NCBI GenBank assembly: GCA_977862235.1
Contig: OZ374562.1
Location: 1,612,001-1,676,000, forward strand
Origin: Dudresnaya verticillata
Taxonomy: Eukaryota
Direction of reading: 5' to 3'
Length of the DNA stretch: 64,000 nucleotides
Shown here: piece by piece, positions 1-8,901 of the stretch
How the letters are laid out: each line of letters begins with the position of its first letter
Position numbering within the stretch: the first letter of the stretch is position 1
The notes under the pieces: model-generated
The model's input: the letters and a program-made list of their open reading frames with translations, nothing else
What the model was told of the DNA's origin: nothing
Databases searched by the model: none
Position numbers and translations under genes: made by a program

Positions 1-2201
1 TGGTACGAGAGGGTATCGGTGATTTTCTTTTGGCCGGCACTGGGGACCCAGCTTGCGGCAGGATTGCTAATGTTTTGCAGGTTTGCGGGTATCTTTCCTT
101 CTCGTCTTCCGACATGGGAGGGTAGTCCTGACAGGGCAGAGTCGGTATTGATGAGAATGGGAGAAAAGGAGAGAATTTTACACTCATATATTGGGAACAT
201 TTCGGCACAGCATAGCAGTGGGTCGGCAACTTATGTTAGAAGGGCGGTCATTAGAAGTGGTGCTCTCCGGGTCCCTCCAATTTCCAAGGAGAGCGCCAAC
301 TATGGCGGTATCGTCACCACGGCGAGAGGAACAGCGATCAGTCTATTCAACCTCGATGAAGCAAGGTTCTCCGAAGATGGTAAGCGACTGAAGTGGATGC
401 CAGTTTCTCGACGGGGCCGTCTAACAACACTAGAAGACAAAGAATTTGGACCCTTGGTGTAAGACGAGCGTGATAGCGTTGCAACTTTCAACTTGAAAGC
501 ATTGAATGTATTGCAAAAGCTCTCCATGTCACCGCCCTTGCTTCCTTTCTTTCTCGGTGCTTTGTCTACTCCTCTGATTTTTCTACGCGGGCCCAAGTGC
601 TGAAGGGTGGACCACCAGACTACCGTAAGTGCAACAGCTATGTGCTAGAAATGTAACAAGTCTTCAAGCTGCAGGACAAAGGCTTCACTATTATCATCTA
701 TCTCTCACCACTTGTCCTGCGACTTCATGTGGATGCAAGACGATCTCAGCAGGCTAAGCTCTCCTAGTGTCTATCGACATAACCTACAGCAGGAATAAGC
801 CCAACTACAACTTTGCGTACTACAGCATGGTAACAACTAGCCTAGGCCACTCTATTCTTTCAAGTTTTGCACTATAGCACTATCCACTGCAGCGTGCTTT
901 GTATCGATACCAAGTAACGCTACTTGGCCCTCAGGGCTGGTGTGCCTGCTAATGGCCCAGTGTCGCCCGCGTAGGACCACCTTAAACAACCCATTAAAAA
1001 TTGAATCATCATTAGAGACAAGAGGTTAGATCAGTGATAGTACATATCTGTTTGAGAGCATTTCAATTGGACCAGGAAAAGCTGCGTAGAACTATTGGGA
1101 GTTTTCCGTGTGCCTTCGATTTTTGACTCCATTCGCCATCCTGTAGGAAGCCACCATCCGACGATGGAGCTGGTGGAGCGAACAGTTCGGCGGGCAGCAC
1201 TGAATCACCGGAAGAGCTTACAATAGTTCCTCAAGACTACACTGACACCTTTTGAATAGAGTACAAAATGGCCCTTTAAAGAGGATCCTTCCGGAATGGG
1301 CTGGTACCCTGAGCACTGATGTGAAAACAACGTAGAATGGTGGTTCACCATTGCTAAAGATTGGTCTGTTATTTTACAGCTGCTAGAATTGAAGATATTT
1401 GTCCATGTCGATGCGTATTTGGCGCTGTAGTAGAACTTAGTACTCGAAGCAAAGTGGTCTTCGACATTTCCACAACGATGCATCCTTCCAAATCTGTTCC
1501 ATAAATTGGAGCATGTGGTTGATGCACAGTGCAAAAAAATGCCCATGCTCAGTCTCACGCCTCCCGCAGAGTGCTATCGCGATGAGGAGACCGTCTAAAC
1601 GAGAGATACAGAAATCTACGGCGATCTCCGTGACGTTCCTTGAATAGTAGAAGTTCTACACAATGTCCCCGGTTTGCAACTAAAATCAAGCACTGTTACA
1701 AAGGGCAGGTGGAAGCCAACAAGGGAATGCCCAGCATAATTTCTATTGTAGCCCGAGATTAGATTATCGGCTTGGCATCTCACAAGATTGCTGCTGAGGG
1801 CGAAGCAAGACACCGTGCGTCTCTGCCACTTGATCCATCACAACGGTATATACTGCGTAGCCCGAGGAAAGACCTGAAAACGACAATGACAGCTATGCCC
1901 CTTTGCCCGCTTGCCTGTTTTGGAAGCCGTGACAGCAGCGTGTGGTGCTGCCAAGATCGGCCGGCATCATGGAGAGACTGAGACAACAGCCACCGGCGAG
2001 AGCAGCGCGAAATTTGCGCGCAGAAAGCGACGAGTGCAACTCTTACACCGCAACGCTCAAATTCTGCCACGAGAGGCGGCAGCCATCCGCGCGGTGGCTG
2101 CCACGCCACTTGTCGCGCACTGCCACCTACCTAAGCACGCGCGTCTCGCACGCACGAACGCAGCCCCCTGACACTGGGAGTGCGCGCGGCCGGTGCCCCG
2201 C

Positions 2202-2207
2202 TATAAA
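2202..2207 (+). promoter_or_regulatory. putative TATA box (TATAAA) of the first pyruvyltransferase-like gene
   Basis: TATAAA in a very GC-rich context, ~55 nt upstream of the ATG at 2260 (context CACCATGG). Confidence 0.45.
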
Positions 2208-2259
2208 CCCGCGCGACGCCCCGCCCCCGTCCCGCCGAACCGCCCCACCGCAACCCACC

Positions 2260-3843
2260 ATGGACGCCCCGCTGCTCGCCGCGCTCGCGCTGTCCGCGCT
2301 GTTCGCCGCGCGCTTCACGCGCGCCGGAAAGCCCGGCGCGCCGCGCGTCGTCACGCTCGTGCTCTCCGCGCTCGTCTTCGTCGTCGCGTACGTCCTCGGC
2401 CTGGCCACGCTGGGCCGCCAGCTGCCGCATCTACGCGCGGCCACCGCCGTCGCGCCACCAGAAGCCGCCGCGCCGGATGCGCTGAAGCGCGCCCCAGCGC
2501 CTGTTGGTGGGCCACTAAAGGGTGCTGGAGTTGGATCTGGTGGGAAGGGCGCTTTGGCCCCTGTCAAGAGCGCTGCTGCTCCCCCTGCTATTGCAAGGGC
2601 GGACGATGATGACGAAGAGGCCGACAGACAGGGCTCCGCGGTTGCGGCAGCGCCTGTCGCGCCGCGTAAGCTGGAAGATACATACATTGTGTACGTTCCG
2701 GATCGCTCTGGGCTGTATAGCGGCAACCTGCCGGCGGAGGCGGCGCACACGTCGTACGCGGGAGCAATGGCGGACCACAATCTAGGCAATGTGGGAAACT
2801 TTGTGTGGCAGTACGGGGCTTATGTCGGGCTGCCGGACTTTTCGTCGACACGGACGTGCAATGTTTCGCGGGGGGCGTGTGACAAGAAGCTGCGCGAGGA
2901 GGGCGGGAAGGGTGTGGTGGAATACCGGCCTGTGTCCAACTTTTTTAACAAGCAGCGCGGGAACGACTTTGGGTACGACAACGGACTGATTGACCGCAAC
3001 GGAATCATGCCGCTGTTCGTCGGGATCGGGGTGCAGGACTACTTCAACCCTGACGCGGACAACGACATCGTTTCCGGACCGGAGATCGTGACGCGAGCGC
3101 AGGACTTTGAGTTTCGGCCTGGTGAGCGAGGCGTTCTGACCAAGCTGCAGAAGCACAAGTTTCCGATGCTGGTGCGCGGGGACTACACGCGGGACGCAAC
3201 ACGGGCGTTTGGGTACGAGTACGCGGTGTCCAACGGGTGCCCTAGCCTGATGATCTCGCGCGACGTGCATCTCGGACAGACACTGCAGCGCAAGTACGAG
3301 GCGCTGCGCGGGCGGATCGGGGACCGCAGCCTGCGCGTGGCGATCAACATCAAGAACAAGCCCGGGTTCACGCGGCTGTATCTGGGGCTTCTGAAGCGGT
3401 ACCCGAACAGCTTTGTTTATGCGCAGGGGATGGGGGACTTCCGGGCGCTGCGCGACGCCGGCGTGGGATTTGAGCGGATGCGGATCTTCAACACGGTGGC
3501 CAAGTGGCGCGAGAGCGTGGCCACGATGGACGTGTCGTTCGGCGGACGCATTCACGGGAATATGGTGTCGCTTAGCGTGGGTGTGCCGGTGGTTGTGATC
3601 GCGCCCGACCACCGCGTGCTGGAGCTGGTGAGGCGCATGAAGGTGCCGCATACGCATGTCTACGCGGGGGCCGTGGATGTGGACGCGGAGGTGGACGTGG
3701 CGCGCGTGGCCAGCTCTGCTGGGTTTGATGGGGACGCGTTCGATCGGAACCGTTGCGAGATCGCGAAGACTTATGTGGACGTGCTGGGGCGGTTTGGGAT
3801 CGGGGTGCAGGCACATGTGCGCGCGATTGCGGGGCTGTGCTAG
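2260..3843 (+). CDS. polysaccharide pyruvyltransferase-family protein with N-terminal membrane anchor (~527 aa)
   Basis: Within ORF 1942..3843; likely start is ATG 2260 (MDAPLLAAL). Hydrophobic N-terminal segments, then an Ala/Pro-rich stem, then a domain with GNVGN, LVRG, SNGCPSLM and GGRIHG motifs typical of PS_pyruv_trans-like GT-B proteins. No intron needed. Confidence 0.75.
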   Translation: MDAPLLAALALSALFAARFTRAGKPGAPRVVTLVLSALVFVVAYVLGLATLGRQLPHLRAATAVAPPEAAAPDALKRAPAPVGGPLKGAGVGSGGKGALAPVKSAAAPPAIARADDDDEEADRQGSAVAAAPVAPRKLEDTYIVYVPDRSGLYSGNLPAEAAHTSYAGAMADHNLGNVGNFVWQYGAYVGLPDFSSTRTCNVSRGACDKKLREEGGKGVVEYRPVSNFFNKQRGNDFGYDNGLIDRNGIMPLFVGIGVQDYFNPDADNDIVSGPEIVTRAQDFEFRPGERGVLTKLQKHKFPMLVRGDYTRDATRAFGYEYAVSNGCPSLMISRDVHLGQTLQRKYEALRGRIGDRSLRVAINIKNKPGFTRLYLGLLKRYPNSFVYAQGMGDFRALRDAGVGFERMRIFNTVAKWRESVATMDVSFGGRIHGNMVSLSVGVPVVVIAPDHRVLELVRRMKVPHTHVYAGAVDVDAEVDVARVASSAGFDGDAFDRNRCEIAKTYVDVLGRFGIGVQAHVRAIAGLC

Positions 3844-4395
3844 ATGTTGTAGCGGTGGTGTAGTGAGTGTGACTGTTTGGGTGCGTGCTCTTGTTGGAGG
3901 GGTTGTACGGGCAGCGGAGATGGTCTAAAAGTTGTGGTAAAGGTTGTTGTGCTCGTGAAGGTTGTGCGTGCGGGTGATTTGCGCGACGGGTGAGAGGCAG
4001 CAGCGGGCAGGCAAAGTTTGCCTCACCTCGCCAGAGCTTTCCGAACTCGGAGGCCGAGGCGGAGGCGTTTTTGCGGTATGCGGCACGCAACGCGGCAAAG
4101 TGGCTGTCAGGCGCGCGCGCGACAGCGGAACGCGCGGTCGCCGTTGCGCAGACAGAGCCTCTCAGAGGCGCTGAGAGAAGCGATCTGCAGCGGCTGCGTC
4201 CGGAGCCGCGCGTGACAAGTGATGTTTGCTCCGCCACACCCGCCGCGCCGCCGCCGCCGTTCCTGACAGTCGCGCCGCATTGCCAACACACCTGTCACGC
4301 CCCTCCCTCTCCCGCCGATTACCGCACATCCACCCTTCTCCGCCCCCGCCCCCACCCCGTCCCTCCCCCTCCTCCCCGCCACCACCCCCACCGCA

Positions 4396-6855
4396 ATGGA
4401 CCCCAACCCGCCCACCCCCACACCCGCCCCCCCGCCGCCTCCCCCACCCCCACCGCCGCGCCGCCGCCGCCAGCAGCTCACGCTATTCCTGCAGGTCGCC
4501 GTGTGGTGGGGCGCCAACAACGCCTTCGCAGTCGACGCGCACCGCCTGCTGGCCGCGCACCCAGCGCACGTCTTTGTCGACCTAACCTTCACGCAGCTCT
4601 TCCTAGGCCTCGTTCTCTCCGCGCTATACCACGCGCACGCGCGCCCCTCCACGGCGAGCCGCTCGCTGCGCGCCGCGGCGCGCCCGCGCTCGGCGCCCGC
4701 GCTGCTGGCCGCGCTGCTGCATCTGTGCGGCTCCGCGCTGACCAACGCGTCGTACCGCGCCATCGGCGCCGCGTCCACGCTGGTGTGGAAGCTTTCCGAG
4801 CCCGTGGCCACGGTCGGCCTCAAGCGCGTGGTGCTGCGCGAGGCCACGCCGCCGCTCTCGCTGCTCGGCGTCGCGTGCGTGCTCGCCGGCGTCCTGATCT
4901 TCTCCGCGCGCAGCCTCACCGCGCTCTCCGTCTCCCCGATCGTCCTCGCCAACCTCGCCTTCCCGTCCCGCAACGTCCTGCTCAAACTCGACCAGCGCAG
5001 AGACACTTCCCCCGCCTCGCCCTCCTCCCCCACCTCCTCCGGAGCCGCTGGAGCCGCACGCCCCACAGAGCTCCGCTTCTTCGCCCTCCACGCCGCAGCC
5101 ATCCCGTTCGCAACAGTCGCTCTCCTCGTCAAGCTCATCTTCACAGGCCCGTCCCTCGCACTCGCTCCTGTCATGATCCGGAATGCCCTTCTCTTCAATG
5201 CATACCAGTTTGCCTCCATCGCCATTTTGGAAAAGCTCGACGCCCTCACACACTCCCTCGCCAACACCATGAAGCGCTTCACCGGCATTCTCTTGTCCTT
5301 CGTCGTCCTCCAGGAGGCTGTCGAGCCCCGCCACGCCCTCGGGCTCCTCTGCACTGTCATTGGCTTCCCCATGTACGTCTTTGGCGGAAAGAAGTTTACC
5401 GCCCCTGCATCGTCGTCGGACGTTCACCACACTCCACGGAAGGGAAGCAACTCCAGTAACAAGCGCTTGTACCTCTTGCTCGCAGTCGCCGGCGCTCTGC
5501 TCGCCGCCCTAGCCGCATCCTTGACGCATGCCGGTCACGTCTCCGGCATGGTCGACTCCCTCATTAACAGCCAAGTTTCCTCTGTTGGCGGTAGAGGTGC
5601 TAGAGCTGGTTCTGGTGTTAATGCTGGTGCTGATTCTCATTCTGGTGGTGGCAGCGCGGTGATGCCAAAACATCTCCCGCCCCAGTCTGCTCGAAAGTAC
5701 CTCGTCTTTGTACCGGACCGTTTTGAGTTGTACACAAAGGTGCAGCCGGTCTCTCGCATCTTCAAAAACTACGAAGAGGCCACTGATCCCGCGGGCAACA
5801 TGGGGAACAAGGTTTGGCGTCATGGGGCGTATCTGAGCCTGCCCGACTTTTCCGAAACAAAGACTTGCAATGGCTCGAAAGCAAGATGTGTTGACATGTT
5901 GAATCCGTCAGGAGACCATTCCCGCCTTGTCGAGTATCATCCGTGCGCCAATTACTTTAACCGGCAGCGCAAAGCAGACTTCGTGTACGACCTCCGCGCT
6001 CTCAAAAATCCGCGCATGGATATCCTGTACGTTGGAATTGGCATTCAGGCGTACTTCACACGCGACATGTCCAACAACGACCTCAACCCAGGCATGCGAA
6101 TCGAGTTCAGCCCGAAGGATTTCCGGTTTACACCGGGTGCGCGTCAGCTGCTTCGAGTCATGCAGCAGCGCAAGCTGCCCATGCTATTCCGCGGCGACTT
6201 CACATTACAAGCGACGCGGGAAGCTGGATATACCTACGGCATATCCAACGGGTGCCCCAGCCTGATGATCTCAACCGATGTACATCTCGGAAAGACACTG
6301 CAGAAGCGGTACGACGCCCTCAACCTCCGTGTTGGAGACAAGTCGCTCAAAGTCGCGATCAACATGAAGAACACAGCGCGCTACACGCAATTCTACAAGC
6401 GGCTCCTGGAAATGTACCCCAACTCCTTCATATTTGCGCAGGGAAGCGGGGACATTGCTGCACTGCAGGCCCAGGGCGTCCCGTACAGCCGTGTGAAGTT
6501 CTTCGAGGGCGTAGAAGAGTGGCGCGCTGCGCTACGAGAGATGGACGTGTCGATCGGGGCGCGAATCCACGGGAACATGATTGCGTTGAGCGTCGGGTTG
6601 CCTGTGTACGTCATAGCGCCGGACCATCGTGTACTGGAGCTGGTTCAACGAATGCGGTTACCGCATGTGACGTGGTACGATGATGGTCTTAGCACAGATC
6701 CTGGGGATGTCGCCGAGCGTATTGGTGGTTCCGGGTTTGACGGCAAGGCATTTGACGAAAACAGATGTCGAATTGCCCAGACTTACGTCAGCGTGTTTGG
6801 ACAGTACGGTATTCATGTATCAAAACATGTTAGGGATATTTCGCGCATATGCTAA
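4396..6855 (+). CDS. fusion of a triose-phosphate/PEP-translocator-like (TPT/SLC35E) transporter and a polysaccharide pyruvyltransferase-like domain (819 aa)
   Basis: The N-terminal ~330 aa are multi-pass hydrophobic with TPT motifs (VWKLSEPVATV, ANLAFPSRNV, LTHSLANTMKRFTGI). An extra TM and Gly/Ser linker follow, then a domain clearly paralogous to 2260..3843 (GNMGN, SNGCPSLM, GARIHGNM, IAPDHRVLELV). Confidence 0.8.
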   Translation: MDPNPPTPTPAPPPPPPPPPPRRRRQQLTLFLQVAVWWGANNAFAVDAHRLLAAHPAHVFVDLTFTQLFLGLVLSALYHAHARPSTASRSLRAAARPRSAPALLAALLHLCGSALTNASYRAIGAASTLVWKLSEPVATVGLKRVVLREATPPLSLLGVACVLAGVLIFSARSLTALSVSPIVLANLAFPSRNVLLKLDQRRDTSPASPSSPTSSGAAGAARPTELRFFALHAAAIPFATVALLVKLIFTGPSLALAPVMIRNALLFNAYQFASIAILEKLDALTHSLANTMKRFTGILLSFVVLQEAVEPRHALGLLCTVIGFPMYVFGGKKFTAPASSSDVHHTPRKGSNSSNKRLYLLLAVAGALLAALAASLTHAGHVSGMVDSLINSQVSSVGGRGARAGSGVNAGADSHSGGGSAVMPKHLPPQSARKYLVFVPDRFELYTKVQPVSRIFKNYEEATDPAGNMGNKVWRHGAYLSLPDFSETKTCNGSKARCVDMLNPSGDHSRLVEYHPCANYFNRQRKADFVYDLRALKNPRMDILYVGIGIQAYFTRDMSNNDLNPGMRIEFSPKDFRFTPGARQLLRVMQQRKLPMLFRGDFTLQATREAGYTYGISNGCPSLMISTDVHLGKTLQKRYDALNLRVGDKSLKVAINMKNTARYTQFYKRLLEMYPNSFIFAQGSGDIAALQAQGVPYSRVKFFEGVEEWRAALREMDVSIGARIHGNMIALSVGLPVYVIAPDHRVLELVQRMRLPHVTWYDDGLSTDPGDVAERIGGSGFDGKAFDENRCRIAQTYVSVFGQYGIHVSKHVRDISRIC

Positions 6856-7921
6856 AGTGCAGTGCACTGTTCCCTGTACTGCAGTTCACAATATCTTCAG
6901 GATCATAGGTTTATGACTTTCCCAGATTTACTGTATTAGTGGTGGGCATTGCGCGCTACTATTAGTATTGATAGGCGCCATAGCTGATCAAATGTGTCGC
7001 ACCATTTAGCCATCATCGAGTTTCCCTCTTCTCCGCAACACTCCTTCTACTGCAGTAGTGATCATTCCCCAGTCCGGTCCCTATCAGTGTGCCTGTCAGT
7101 ACACAGACCGTTCGATGACCGAGCCGGGACCAACTCGGGCGAACAATACGAACAATACTAACAATATAAGTTCAATATTACTACAATTTCCATCTACGCC
7201 GGGTGACCATCATTGTGAGGCGCAATTGGAATTCCTTTTGATGGTCAGGTCTAGTTTGGTTGCATTCTGTCGATGTTGATGTCGCATAGATGAAATGTGA
7301 TGGCGTTTCAAGGGCTCCAGGTCTAGTTTGCAGCATTTCACGCATGACACAGTCTGTGGTGATGCTAACATCTTTCTCAATATGAAGCTCCTCCAGTCCC
7401 ATTCTATAGAATGTTCTATACAGTATACCTTCAGGGCTTGTTTGGGCATGTCCTGCGGTTGTGTCCAGCCAACCTACAAATGGTGCACTTTTTATAATGG
7501 TGTCGGCGACGTTTCCTCACAGGACCAGACAAACCTAAATTGGCCGAGGCTCGGAGCCGCTTCGAATTGGCACGGCCCTTGAAGATTTCATTCGCGTCCT
7601 TGCATGCCTTTTCCTGACCTGCTCTGATCCTTGCAGGAGAGGAGCCTTGAGTGGCGTGAGGTGTCGCCGCACCTTTGTCTTGGGTACAAGTATTTCAAGC
7701 ATACTGTAGAGAACCGTTGCCAAGTGGCACTACAGGCTTACTAGCTTGAAGCTTTTGTTATGCAATTTAGAATTGTCAGCTCTACTCTAATCCAAGAAGA
7801 TGTTCCGTTGCAGGAACAACTTCTTCCGTTGAAGACGTAACATCTTCAAGCCTGTCCCCGGAGATAGATGCTTTGAACTACCATGTCCCCGGGGGTAGTT
7901 GTTCTGAGGGCATGGCGGTTT

Positions 7922-8831
7922 AACACTAATTTCGCCGGCTACAGAATTTCCAAAACAGAACAGAATTTTTTGAGGGTCCTTGAATCCCTGCGTTCGATAG
8001 CGCGTTGGAAAAGGGGCGCTAACCTGAGAATAGTGGTGCAAACAGATCGGAGGAAACGCAAATAGTTTCGGAGTTATGCGCTCCGGCATATGGCCCCCCC
8101 GAGGTCGAAAGTTCCCGAAAGTTGTGATTTTTCCGAAAAGTTCCAATTAAAAATTCTCCAGAAATTGATTCTGCCCCGTCCCGCTGCCCGCGCCCCCGAC
8201 CCCCGACCGCACACCGCATTCTGGCGACTTCCCGCCGCATTCCGACGCGCTCGGACTTGGCTTCCCACCGCATTCCGACGCGCTCGGACTTGGCTTCCCA
8301 CCGCATTCCGACGCGCGCTCGGCCACCTCCCCACGTCCGACAGCCACTCCCACCATCACCCTTCCTGGTGCTGCTACTGGCCCACGCATTCCGCATTCCG
8401 GCGCGTGCGCACACGCTCTGCTTCTGCCTTGCGCGTAATGAGGCGCGCTTCCCCACCCCCTCCCAGACCCGTAGTGCCGCTCGCCGCCCCAGACCGTCCT
8501 GTGACCGCACTCTGTCTCAAGGTCCCTGCCGTTCACCGACACCTCGCTGTCACCCTTCCCCGCGCTCCTGCGCACCGCGCCCGGCCGCATTCTGACACGT
8601 CCACATCAAGTTGCCGCATTCGGGCACACGGTCAGCCCCTCCCAGCAGTCCCCCTACACGCCTCCCTCACCCCTACCCCGCTCCTATGCGGCACGGCCAC
8701 CCGCATTCTGACCCTTCCTCACAACTGGGCCTACTACCCGCCCGACTTGGTACACTACCAGGTAGCTAAGCCGGTTGCGCACCCGCGGTTCGGACTTAAC
8801 TTGTGGCGTAGACGGGAGCTACAGGCGTCGA
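7922..8831 (+). repeat. left terminal inverted repeat (~910 bp)
   Basis: Aligns as reverse complement with 20853..21875; contains 33-bp tandem units at 8235, 8268 and 8301. Confidence 0.9.
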
Positions 8832-8901
8832 ATGGCCTTGCATTTCTCGTGTGCTGCATCAACCTGAGAGTAGAATTTACTGGTTGTAGCTGTTTCTCGT
8901 A

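Noticed and set aside
1..1800. Possible decayed TE or gene fragments (19..462; CxxH-like LCINHML near 1530 on the minus strand)
   Set aside because: Too degraded to assign to any family.
1942..2259. N-terminal extension of the first pyruvyltransferase ORF
   Set aside because: Non-ATG start and low-complexity translation, and it contains the putative TATA box; ATG 2260 fits better.
2127..5459. Long overlapping alternative-frame ORFs (e.g. 3990..5459, 4107..5372, 2782..3816)
   Set aside because: Shadow ORFs caused by high GC3 in the real genes.
8235..8322. 33-bp repeats as a CRISPR array
   Set aside because: Head-to-tail repeats without spacers, inside a TIR, in eukaryotic DNA with no cas genes.
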